The translations under genes and the position numbers were made by a program. The notes beneath the pieces are model-generated. The model searched no databases and had not been told where the DNA came from. It was given only the letters and a program-made list of their open reading frames with translations. Below are positions 25,999 through 34,300 of a stretch of DNA of 64,000 nt, piece by piece; position 1 is the first letter of the stretch; every line of letters starts with the position of its first letter. Origin of the DNA: an uncultured Acidobacteriaceae bacterium (lineage in GTDB: Bacteria > Acidobacteriota > Terriglobia > Terriglobales > Acidobacteriaceae); NCBI GenBank assembly GCA_963845585.1, contig CAWJSL010000003.1:1438235-1502234 (forward strand), written 5' to 3'.

Positions 25999-26709
25999 AT
26001 GCTGCGCTTCCGAATTCCTCATCGCCGCACTGCGGGCCTAACAGGTTGCGAAAAAACCCGGCTTTCTGAACTTGTTTTGAAGGGGCGCGGCTTCAGCCGC
26101 GCCGTATGTGCGGCAAAATCAGTGGCGGCTTTAGCCGCCGAGGGCAGTCGCAACCTGCTGCGGGATGGACAGGGCTCGGCGCTTTTGGAGTTTGCCATTA
26201 CGCTGCCGCTCCTGGTGGTGTTCGTAGTGGGCATCTACGATTTCAGCGGCGCTTTCAACCAGAAGCAGAAGATCGAACAGGCGGCGCAGGAAGGCGCCAT
26301 CATTGCCGGCGCTCAGCCGATGAGCGACATTCAGACGACCATCGCCAACCCGGACTCTCTGCAACCGGTGGTGACCGCAATTATCGGTTCGCTGGCCGGC
26401 AGCGGAGTGCTGCCAAACGCAACTTGCGGGCCTTATGTAGTAACCGAACCGGCCCCTCTCTCGTGGACCTACACAGTTTCCGGGTGTAATAGCACTTATC
26501 CTACCGACAATCTGGTCATCGCCATCAACCGCGGATGGGTCTCTGGATCCCCGACAACCGGGACGCTCGTGGCTGTCGGCACCACCGTGACCGTACAGTA
26601 TCCATATCATTGGCGGTTCAATAGTGTGATTCAATTGTTAGTCCCGGGCGCAAGCTATGCGGCCATAACGCAGGTAACCGAGAGCGCCACGGTTCACAAC
26701 CAGATGTGA
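25999..26709 (+). CDS. TadE/TadF-like pseudopilin; start uncertain (ATG 25999 with GGAG RBS, or GTG 26122)
   Basis: Processing-site-like DGQGSALLEFAITLPLLVVFVVGIYDF. The first 40-odd codons of the maximal ORF run through the TTCAG hairpin repeat at 26076-26140. Confidence 0.7.
   Translation: MLRFRIPHRRTAGLTGCEKTRLSELVLKGRGFSRAVCAAKSVAALAAEGSRNLLRDGQGSALLEFAITLPLLVVFVVGIYDFSGAFNQKQKIEQAAQEGAIIAGAQPMSDIQTTIANPDSLQPVVTAIIGSLAGSGVLPNATCGPYVVTEPAPLSWTYTVSGCNSTYPTDNLVIAINRGWVSGSPTTGTLVAVGTTVTVQYPYHWRFNSVIQLLVPGASYAAITQVTESATVHNQM
26076..26140 (+). repeat. Bipartite TTCAG-loop hairpin element (REP-like family)
   Basis: ttgaaggggcgcggcttcagccgcgccgtatgtgcggcaaaatcagtggcggctttagccgcc. First stem is GGCGCGGC/GCCGCGCC with loop TTCA. 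A second hairpin is GGCGGC-TTTA-GCCGCC. Confidence 0.8.
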
Positions 26710-26715
26710 GGATAC

Positions 26716-28095
26716 TTGCGACGCCATCAAACTAAATCGCGGACTACCTTGCGCCCTGGCTCGCGACGCAGCGACGAGCGAGGGATTGTGATCGTGCTGG
26801 TTGCGGTGGTGATGCTGTTTGTGGTGGGGGCGATGGCCGCGCTTTCGATCGACGTGGTGACGCTCTACACCGCGCGCAGCGAGGCGCAACTTGTGGCCGA
26901 TGCGGCGGCGCTGGCGGGCGCGCGCGTCCTAGCCAACTCGGGGGCGACCTCGGATACGACTGGCACGTTGGGTTTGATGGCCCTCGCGGAGCCCCTCGCC
27001 AGCGCGGTTGCCATTCAGGTCGCGCAAAACAGCATGGTAGGAGGAAGGTACCTGGTCGCGGGTAACGGCGAGGTCGTAGTCAGTTTTTCCGGAACCCCTA
27101 CCAACCCGCGCGTAACCGTACGGACGCAAAGAACCGATCTGCCAACCTTCTTCGCCCGCATCTGGGGAAGCCAGCAAGTCACGGTGGCCGCGTCGGCAAC
27201 CGCGGAAGCCTACAACCCTTCGGGCGCAGTAGCAACGTCGGCTAGCAGCGCCCCACCAGTCGCGCCCCTTTGCATGAAACCGTGGCTGCTGCCGAACATT
27301 GATCCCACGCAAGCACCGCCCGCCGTAGTGCCAGCGATCTTCGATCCTGCGACTGGCGCCATTGTGAACTCTGGTTTGCTTGGTAAAAGTTGGCCGCTGG
27401 CAGGGGGCAATCCCAATGGCCTCTCTGCCCTTTGCGGGGGGGATTGCAGCCCCTCTGGCGGTGGCATTACCGCACCAGCGCCGGGACAGTACTATCCCGG
27501 GGCCATCGATGCCAGCGACTTCCCTGCCCCCACGCAGGCCCTGCCCGCTTGCAGCGCCGGCTGGGTCAATACCTATCAACTTGCCGTTGCGGGTTGTGTT
27601 CAACAGCCCATTGTATGTGGCGCGTCTTCGTCCATTAACATCGATACAACCCCCTACGCCTTCACCAATCCAGGTGGCCGCGATGCCGACACGGTTCAGG
27701 CTGCGGAGTGCCTCATCCACTATACGGTCGCGGGAGACTCCGACAGCATCGACACCTTAGCCGCACCGAGCCCTCCCTTTCAGTTCCTGGCAGGAAACCA
27801 GAACCCGATTGCGAGTGCGATTGGAAAGGACGTTATGGTCAGCGATTCCCTGGTCACGATTCCAGTAATTAACTACCCGCCCGGCACGCCGACGAACCCC
27901 GTTACCGTGATCGGCTTCCTGCAGGTGTTCCTGAACCCTCAGTCGACGACGACTTTGCCCGTTGGGCCGCCTGGGACCTATCAGATCCCCGCGACGATCA
28001 TCAACATGGCTGGTTGCGGGAACACCGCCACGGGGAACCCGATTCTCGGCAACGGCGCATCTCCCGTGGCGGTGCGGTTGATCTCGGCGCCTTAG
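26716..28095 (+). CDS. TadG-like pilus assembly protein (Tad-like Flp pilus-assembly N-terminal domain)
   Basis: ERGIVIVLVAVVMLFVVGAMAALSIDVVTLYTARSEAQLVADAAALAGA is the TadG-type N-terminus. 459 aa with a Gly/Ala/Pro/Thr-rich remainder. Confidence 0.75.
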   Translation: MRRHQTKSRTTLRPGSRRSDERGIVIVLVAVVMLFVVGAMAALSIDVVTLYTARSEAQLVADAAALAGARVLANSGATSDTTGTLGLMALAEPLASAVAIQVAQNSMVGGRYLVAGNGEVVVSFSGTPTNPRVTVRTQRTDLPTFFARIWGSQQVTVAASATAEAYNPSGAVATSASSAPPVAPLCMKPWLLPNIDPTQAPPAVVPAIFDPATGAIVNSGLLGKSWPLAGGNPNGLSALCGGDCSPSGGGITAPAPGQYYPGAIDASDFPAPTQALPACSAGWVNTYQLAVAGCVQQPIVCGASSSINIDTTPYAFTNPGGRDADTVQAAECLIHYTVAGDSDSIDTLAAPSPPFQFLAGNQNPIASAIGKDVMVSDSLVTIPVINYPPGTPTNPVTVIGFLQVFLNPQSTTTLPVGPPGTYQIPATIINMAGCGNTATGNPILGNGASPVAVRLISAP

Positions 28096-28101
28096 GAGCC
28101 C

Positions 28102-28812
28102 GTGATGAAACTCCGATCTCCGGACTCAGCGCCTGAAGGCGGCCTCATAATGCGGCACTTTACGGCATGTCTGAAGGCATGCCCTGATACGAACCACACT
28201 TGCACCACGATCGCCGTCGTCCTGCTGACGCTCAGCCTGATCTGCGCATGTGGCCGCCCTCCCGCTGAGAACGCTTCGAACTCCGATTCACAGAAGCTGC
28301 CCTTCGATCGGGCGCCGCGCTCGACCGGAATTTCGCCCAGCCAGTCGCTGCTTCCATCGGCCACGAAACTGCCCGAGGGAACGCCGATTCCGGTTCGCCT
28401 GCAAAGCGCGCTTTCGAGCGCGTCATCGCGTGCGGGAGACACCTTCAGCGCAACTGTGGATGAGCCGGTCACGATCGACGGCCAGACGCTCGTCGCCCGC
28501 GGCACGCCCGCAACCGGACGCGTGCTCGAAGCCAAGCCCTCCGCAAGTTCTCGCGCGAGTTCGCCCGAAGGCGCGCTCGAACCCGGCTATCTGCGGATTG
28601 TGCTGGTGAGTTTGAACGTCGGCGGCAGGCCGGTGATGATTGAAACGTCCAGCATCTTCGCCAAAGGCGGTTCGCGCGAGGAGCGAAACCCGGCTGCGGG
28701 CGCGGCTTCTGCCGCCGGTCAGAAGGGTGCCAATCAGAAAGACAAAGAAATTGTCCTCGGCGTCGATCGCCGTCTCAACTTCCGTCTCGCCCAGGCCGTC
28801 GATTTGCAATAA
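28102..28812 (+). CDS. Hypothetical lipoprotein
   Basis: Hydrophobic stretch plus lipobox-like TIAVVLLTLSLICACG. AGGAG lies 6 nt before ATG 28105. The 5' codons overlap a TTCAG hairpin repeat, so the true start is uncertain. Confidence 0.55.
   Translation: MMKLRSPDSAPEGGLIMRHFTACLKACPDTNHTCTTIAVVLLTLSLICACGRPPAENASNSDSQKLPFDRAPRSTGISPSQSLLPSATKLPEGTPIPVRLQSALSSASSRAGDTFSATVDEPVTIDGQTLVARGTPATGRVLEAKPSASSRASSPEGALEPGYLRIVLVSLNVGGRPVMIETSSIFAKGGSREERNPAAGAASAAGQKGANQKDKEIVLGVDRRLNFRLAQAVDLQ
28124..28191 (-). repeat. Bipartite TTCAG-loop hairpin element (REP-like family), minus orientation
   Basis: Reverse complement reads cgtatcagggcatgccttcagacatgccgtaaagtgccgcattatgaggccgccttcaggcgctgagtc. 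It is co-linear with the 26076 copy (…cttcag…ccgta-Wgtgc-Sgca…). Confidence 0.8.
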
Positions 28813-28829
28813 GCATGACCTGCGCTCGC

Positions 28830-30713
28830 TCAGGCCTTGATCTCTTCTGGACGATCTGGTTTCAAGATTGCCGCTGGGAGGCGCAGGCGAAACGTGGTGC
28901 CGGCTCCGACGATGCTGTCGAATTCCACCGAGCCGTAGTGCCACTGCATGATCTGGTAGGTTTGCGCCAGTCCGATTCCGCTGCCACCCTTGTCGCTCTT
29001 GGTGGTGTAGTAGAGTTCGAAAATTTTTTCCTGCGCTTCGGGAGGAATGCCGCAGCCCTGATCCATGACTTCGGCGAGAATCATTTCGTTGTCGCGGTGC
29101 GCTTTCAGAGTCAGCGTTCCTCCCGCCGTCATGGACTGCACGCCGTTCAGCACCAGGTTCAAAATCGCCTGCTTCATCAGATCGGAATCCGCTCGCACCA
29201 TGAGCGCGTCATCTTGGTCGGGCACTTCTTGATTAGGCAGTTCCAGCACCACGCGCACGCCGTGACGGGCGGCGTCGGGCGCGGCCAGCACTGAAACACT
29301 CTCGAGGATTTTGCGCAAGTCCACGTCTTCCAGCCGCAGATCGCGGGGACGGGTGAAGTCCACCAGGATCTGCACGACGCGGTCGAGGCGGTGGATTTCA
29401 TTGCCGATGATGTCCATGTGGCGGCGCGTTTCGGGATCGTCCTGCTGCATTTTATTTTGCAGCAACTGTAAGTGCAGCACGATGGCGTTGATGGGATTCT
29501 TGACTTCGTGGGCCACGCCGCGGGTCATCCGCCCGCTGGCGGAAAGGCGCCGCGAAATTTCAATCTCGTCCTCGATGCGCCGCACCGACTCGGCATCGCG
29601 CATGGTCAGCAGCGCGCCGATGGGCGTACCTTTTTCCTGAATGAAATCGAGCGACACCTGCACCCGGCGGCCATCCGCGGCGTCGAATTCGTACTGCACC
29701 AGCGGCCGCTGCTTCTGGAAGGCGGGCAGAACCACCGCGCCCAGAACCGTTCCATCGGAAAAAATCTCTTCCGCGGTGCGTCCCAGAATTTCACGGCGCG
29801 GGCGGCCAAGAAACTTTTCCGCCGAGGCGCTCACCAGCACTACTCGGGTATCGCGCGTAAACAGCATGAGGCCGTCCTGCAGCTTGCTCATGACCTGCTC
29901 GACGTTGTCCTTCAGCGCGGAAAAAATCTGGTTGGTATCGTGAATCTGGCGTCCCAGGTGCGCGATTTTCAGCGACACCAGGCCCACCTCGTCTTCCGAA
30001 CCGGACTCCTCGGCCGGCAACAGATCTCCTGCGCTTGCACTATCGAGGTTGCGGCTGATGGCCTTCAAGGGGCCGAGCGCGACATTTGAAACCACCGCCC
30101 CCAATACCAGCGAACAAAAAATCGCGAGCACCGAAAAGAAAGCTGCCTGCTGCAGTTTCGGCGTGAGTTCGTTGCGCAGAAAGACCGTCGAGACGCCAAC
30201 GCGAACGCCGCCAAACGCCTGCCCGTCGAGTTCCAACCCGATGCTCGCGTCGTATACGGTGGACGGAGCATAGAGCATGCGCAACTGGCGCCGGAAGCCC
30301 GCGTCGCGCAAAACGCTCAGAGGGGCGCGCTCCGGAACCGGCTTGCCATTCAGCGCCGGATTCGTATCGAGAATCGCCACTCCATTTGGATCGATGATGG
30401 CGGCGTCGTAGATGATGCGAGAATTCCCCACCACCGATTCCAGCATGTCGTTCAGGTTGGTGTCCGTCTGGAGATAATTCGTGATGGCGGCGCGCATTGC
30501 CTTGGGATTTTCAGTGTCAACCCGCGTGCTGGTCAGATCGGGCACCGCCTTGGATGCGGCGTACTCCAGTTGATTGGTGAGCTGGGAAGCGGTTTCGTCG
30601 GCCCACAGCAAGCGCTGGCGCAGCAGCTGCGACAGGTAGATCCAGGAAAAGCCGACGACGAGCGCCGTGAACAGCGTCGTGATCACGAGCACGATGATGA
30701 GTTTGCGAGTCAT
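28830..30713 (-). CDS. Sensor histidine kinase (TM-periplasmic-HAMP-PAS-HisKA-HATPase)
   Basis: H-box VAHEVKNPINAI. C-terminal ATPase G-boxes (DQGCGIP, GGSGIGLA). N-terminal TM helix. Immediately downstream of the NtrC-type regulator gene. Confidence 0.9.
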   Translation of the reverse strand: MTRKLIIVLVITTLFTALVVGFSWIYLSQLLRQRLLWADETASQLTNQLEYAASKAVPDLTSTRVDTENPKAMRAAITNYLQTDTNLNDMLESVVGNSRIIYDAAIIDPNGVAILDTNPALNGKPVPERAPLSVLRDAGFRRQLRMLYAPSTVYDASIGLELDGQAFGGVRVGVSTVFLRNELTPKLQQAAFFSVLAIFCSLVLGAVVSNVALGPLKAISRNLDSASAGDLLPAEESGSEDEVGLVSLKIAHLGRQIHDTNQIFSALKDNVEQVMSKLQDGLMLFTRDTRVVLVSASAEKFLGRPRREILGRTAEEIFSDGTVLGAVVLPAFQKQRPLVQYEFDAADGRRVQVSLDFIQEKGTPIGALLTMRDAESVRRIEDEIEISRRLSASGRMTRGVAHEVKNPINAIVLHLQLLQNKMQQDDPETRRHMDIIGNEIHRLDRVVQILVDFTRPRDLRLEDVDLRKILESVSVLAAPDAARHGVRVVLELPNQEVPDQDDALMVRADSDLMKQAILNLVLNGVQSMTAGGTLTLKAHRDNEMILAEVMDQGCGIPPEAQEKIFELYYTTKSDKGGSGIGLAQTYQIMQWHYGSVEFDSIVGAGTTFRLRLPAAILKPDRPEEIKA

Positions 30714-30721
30714 CGAAAAGC

Positions 30722-30750
30722 AGGTCTCAGGTCTTAGATCTTAGGCCTCG
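30722..30750 (+). repeat. One-armed tandem heptamer array (AGGTCTC flavour) at the regulator/kinase junction
   Basis: aggtctc aggtctt agatctt aggcctc g. Fills the 27-nt gap between the RR stop (30741) and HK start (30713) and overlaps the RR 3' end. Confidence 0.8.
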
Positions 30751-32171
30751 GGAGTGCTCGTGGGCTCGCTGAGACCGCTGAGATCTTCTTCTGCATCCTG
30801 GGCATCCCGCGGGCGGTCGTACTCCTTCAGCTTGTTATGCAGGGTCTTCAAGCTGATGCCGAGCATATCCGCGGCTCGCGTCTTGTTGCTACCGGTCACC
30901 TGCAGAGTTTTCAGGATGAGCAGCTTCTCCGCTTCCTCGACGGTCGTACCCACGCCCAGGTGCACGGCATCGGGATCGTTCACCATGGGCCGCACACTCT
31001 GGCCGAAGCCCGGCGGCAAGTGCTTGGTTTCCACCAGCCCGCCTTCGCACACAACCACGGCCCGTTCCAGCGTGTTGCGCAGCTCGCGCACATTGCCCGG
31101 CCACGAGTAGGTCTGGAACATATTGAGCACGGCCTCGCTTATGTCCGCCACCTTGCGATCGTGCTTCAGGTTCATGTCCGCGAGCAGGCTCTTCGCTAAC
31201 TCGCGGATATCTTCCTTATGCTCGCGCAGCGCCGGCATATGAATATTGAAAACGTTGAGCCGGTAATAAAGATCCTGGCGCAGCTCCCCATTGGCGACGG
31301 CATCGGTGGGGATCTTGTTGGTGGCGGCGAGCACGCGCACGTCCACCGAAGTTTCGACCTTGCTGCCGAGCCGCCGCAGTTTGTGGTCTTCCAGCACGCG
31401 CAGCAGCTTGGCCTGCGTGCCCACCGGCATCTCGCCAATCTCGTCGAGCAGCAGCGTCCCGCCTTCGGCCAGTTCGAAGCAGCCGGTGCGGCGCTCCAGC
31501 GCGCCCGTGAATGCGCCTTTTTCGTGGCCAAAAATTTCGCTCTCGATCAGGGTCTCGGGGATAGCCGGACAATTGATGGGGATGAACGGCTTATTGCGCC
31601 GCGGGCTCAGATCGTGGATGGTGCGCGCCGCCAATTCCTTGCCGGTGCCGCTCTCCCCGGTGATCAGTACCGTGGCCGTGCTCGGAGCCACCTGTTCGAT
31701 CACCCGGAAAATCTCCTGCATTTGCGCCGACGCGCCGGCCAGCCGTCCGAGCGCTCCCTTGTCGCGCAAGCGGCGGCGCAGCGATTCGTTTTCGGTGCGC
31801 GTGTTCAGGATCTCGCCGATGTTGTTGAGGATGGACCGCAGCCGCCGGAAGTCGATGGGCTTCTCGATGTAGTCCTGGACGCCGAGCCGGCCCGCGTGAA
31901 ATGCGGTGTCGGTCGCCTTCTGGGCGGTCACCATCACCACCGCGACCGACTGCGCGAGGTCGGCCAGTCGCTCCACCAGTTCCATGCCGCCCATGCGCGG
32001 CATCTTCACGTCGGTGATCACGATGGACGGCGCAAAGGCGGGAATTTTTTCCAGAGCTTCCACGCCGTCGACCGCGGTATCGGTGCGATAGCCCCATCCC
32101 GAGACCAGTTCGGCCAGCCCGGTTCGTTCGTTCTCTTCGTCTTCAACGATCAGTACGCGTTCTTGTGTCAT
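30741..32171 (-). CDS. Sigma-54-dependent response regulator (NtrC family: REC-AAA+-Fis HTH)
   Basis: REC domain (VLIVEDEENERTGL...DVKMP). Walker A GESGTGKE. Sigma-54 contact motif GAFTGA. C-terminal HTH TRAADMLGISLKTLHNKLK. Confidence 0.92.
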   Translation of the reverse strand: MTQERVLIVEDEENERTGLAELVSGWGYRTDTAVDGVEALEKIPAFAPSIVITDVKMPRMGGMELVERLADLAQSVAVVMVTAQKATDTAFHAGRLGVQDYIEKPIDFRRLRSILNNIGEILNTRTENESLRRRLRDKGALGRLAGASAQMQEIFRVIEQVAPSTATVLITGESGTGKELAARTIHDLSPRRNKPFIPINCPAIPETLIESEIFGHEKGAFTGALERRTGCFELAEGGTLLLDEIGEMPVGTQAKLLRVLEDHKLRRLGSKVETSVDVRVLAATNKIPTDAVANGELRQDLYYRLNVFNIHMPALREHKEDIRELAKSLLADMNLKHDRKVADISEAVLNMFQTYSWPGNVRELRNTLERAVVVCEGGLVETKHLPPGFGQSVRPMVNDPDAVHLGVGTTVEEAEKLLILKTLQVTGSNKTRAADMLGISLKTLHNKLKEYDRPRDAQDAEEDLSGLSEPTSTPEA

Positions 32172-32460
32172 ATTTCCTGGACCCAGGCTCCATCAGCATT
32201 ATTCAGGGAAGCGCGCCGCCTCGCAACCCGGCGCAACGCGGGAATATCAATTTGAGATAAGTTCGGCGCGATTCTACGGAAAACGGAACCACGATCCGCT
32301 ATGGAAATACCCGTCAACTAATTCTCCCGCTTTTGCAAACATGCCTTCTTGCGGTAGAATTCTGTGTTCTAGGGTGCAGCCTATCTGCGCGTGCCATGAG
32401 GCTTTGTCGATTCGAGTTCTACTAAATAACTTGCAGTGGATTTTGATGCGGAGGAACTCA

Positions 32461-34152
32461 ATGTCACTATCTCACGAAACTTGCCGGAGATGCGCGAGTG
32501 TCGCGCTCGTCCTGGCCATCGTTCTGATTGCGTTGCCGGCTTTGCTGAACGCGCAAACCGCTGCACCTAAGGCGCCGACTATGATGTCGGACGACACGGT
32601 GCCTAAGATGGAGTTGTTCATTGGCTATCAGGCGTTATACCCGGGCGGCAACGTTCCCGATCAGAGCAGTCCGCCCAACGCCATAGCGTTGCCCTCGATG
32701 GCGAGGGGCTTCGGCACCAGTCTGTCGTACAACTTCACCAGGAACCTGGCCCTTGAAGGCAATTACGGCGGGAACTCGTACCACAACGATAGCAACAACG
32801 CGGCCGACGCCAGCATCAACGAATTCGCCGCCGGGCCGAAGTTTACCCTTCGCGGCGAGGGTGCGAACTTTTTTGTGCACGCGCTGTTCGGATACGAACG
32901 CCTGTTGTCAACCGGTAACGCTCCCAGCCACGGCGTCGCCGCGCTTCTTGGCGGCGGTATGGATCTCAAACTCTGGAAGCACGTCTACATCCGCCTGTTT
33001 GAAGTGGACTACCAGTGGTCACACCAAAACTTCGCCAGCGACGTGCCGCTTGAAGATAGCTCCTTGCGCCGTCCGAACTACGAGGGCGCCCTGGTGCGCA
33101 GCGGTCTGGTGTTCAACTTTGGCGGAGCTCCCGAAGCTCTGGTAGCCGCGGCCTGCTCGGTGCAGCCCACCCAAGTACTGGTGGGCGAACCCGTGCACGC
33201 CACCGTCGTCGCCAGCAATTTCAACCCCAAGCACACGCTCACCTACGCGTGGACGAGCACCGGGGGCAAGATTGAAGGCAAGGACAGCGCCGCCAGCATC
33301 GACACCAACGGCATTGGCGGCGGCGTCTCCGGCAGCTATTCCACCACTGTCACCGCTACCGTCACCGATCCCAAGGCCAATAAGAACAACACGGCCAGTT
33401 GCACCGCCAACTTCACGGTGAAGGAACCGCCCAAGAACCCGCCGCAGCTTTCCTGCTCGGCGAGCCCGTCGATGGTCCAGGCCGGTACTCCGGCAACCAT
33501 CACCTGCACCTGCACCAGTCCGGATAACGTTCCGGTAACGGTGGGGGGATGGACCGCGAGCGGCGGCAGTATTTCCGGCAGCGGAAACTCGGCCACGCTA
33601 ACCACCACCGGAGCTTCGTCGGGCCCCATCACGATCGGCGCTACTTGTACCGACTCGCGCGGCTTGACGGCTTCGACTTCGAGCTCGGTGACGGTTGAAA
33701 ATCCGCCGCCGCCACCGCCGCCGCCACCGCAGGCCAGCAAGGTGAACGAGTGCGAGTATCCCAACCTCAATAAGCCGTGGCGCGTCGACAACACCTGCAA
33801 GGCCGCGCTGGACGATGTTGCCCTCAAGCTGCAGCAGGATCCAGACGCCAAGCTGGTCGTCGTCGGGAACGCCGGTCCGAAGGAAAAGCGTAAGAACCTG
33901 GCGGGCGAGCGCGCGGTCGACGTGAAGGCCTACATCTCGGGAGGCGAGGCGAAACAGAACATCGACCCAAGCCGCATCGAGACGCGCACTGGGAACGCAG
34001 GCACGGCCACTTCGGAACAGTGGATCGTTCCGGCCGGCGCGACCTTCCCCGAGGCCAGCACCACGACCCCGGTGGATGAGATGAAGGTGAAGGCGATTCC
34101 GGATCATCCGAAACCGGCCGCCATGAAGAAAGCGGCGAAAAAGGCCGAATAA
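32461..34152 (+). CDS. OmpA-family outer membrane protein: N-terminal beta-barrel, Ig-like repeats, poly-Pro linker, OmpA_C-like domain
   Basis: GGAGG lies 6 nt before ATG 32461. Signal peptide ASVALVLAIVLIALPALLNAQTA. Alternating barrel-like sequence. PPPPPPPPP linker. C-terminal LAGERAVDVKAYI is OmpA_C-like. Confidence 0.78.
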   Translation: MSLSHETCRRCASVALVLAIVLIALPALLNAQTAAPKAPTMMSDDTVPKMELFIGYQALYPGGNVPDQSSPPNAIALPSMARGFGTSLSYNFTRNLALEGNYGGNSYHNDSNNAADASINEFAAGPKFTLRGEGANFFVHALFGYERLLSTGNAPSHGVAALLGGGMDLKLWKHVYIRLFEVDYQWSHQNFASDVPLEDSSLRRPNYEGALVRSGLVFNFGGAPEALVAAACSVQPTQVLVGEPVHATVVASNFNPKHTLTYAWTSTGGKIEGKDSAASIDTNGIGGGVSGSYSTTVTATVTDPKANKNNTASCTANFTVKEPPKNPPQLSCSASPSMVQAGTPATITCTCTSPDNVPVTVGGWTASGGSISGSGNSATLTTTGASSGPITIGATCTDSRGLTASTSSSVTVENPPPPPPPPPQASKVNECEYPNLNKPWRVDNTCKAALDDVALKLQQDPDAKLVVVGNAGPKEKRKNLAGERAVDVKAYISGGEAKQNIDPSRIETRTGNAGTATSEQWIVPAGATFPEASTTTPVDEMKVKAIPDHPKPAAMKKAAKKAE

Positions 34153-34169
34153 CCGATGGAGAAAGACAC

Positions 34170-34212
34170 GAAAGGCCGGTGGGGTGCACCCTGCCGGCCT
34201 TTCTATTTTTTT
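34170..34212 (+). terminator. Rho-independent terminator after the OmpA-family gene
   Basis: gaaaggccgg ...gggtgcaccc... ccggcctttc followed by a T-run (tattttttt). Confidence 0.85.
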
Positions 34213-34300
34213 GCCCTTCGGTAACCTTGTCCTGGCCGTGCTAGCCTGTCTAATGTGGAGCACAGGCGAATATCGTTCGCCCGGGGGTCAATCTACGCGC

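Noticed and set aside
28830-32171. Naming the kinase/regulator pair PrsK/PrsR (the PEP-CTERM-box regulators).
   Set aside because: Only generic NtrC-family and HAMP-PAS-HisKA features are visible. The kinase lacks the many-TM N-terminal region I associate with PrsK, and no exosortase is nearby. The assignment would be guesswork.
33700-33735. GC-rich ccgccgccgcca tract as a non-coding repeat element.
   Set aside because: It is in frame within the OmpA-family gene and simply encodes a Pro9 linker.
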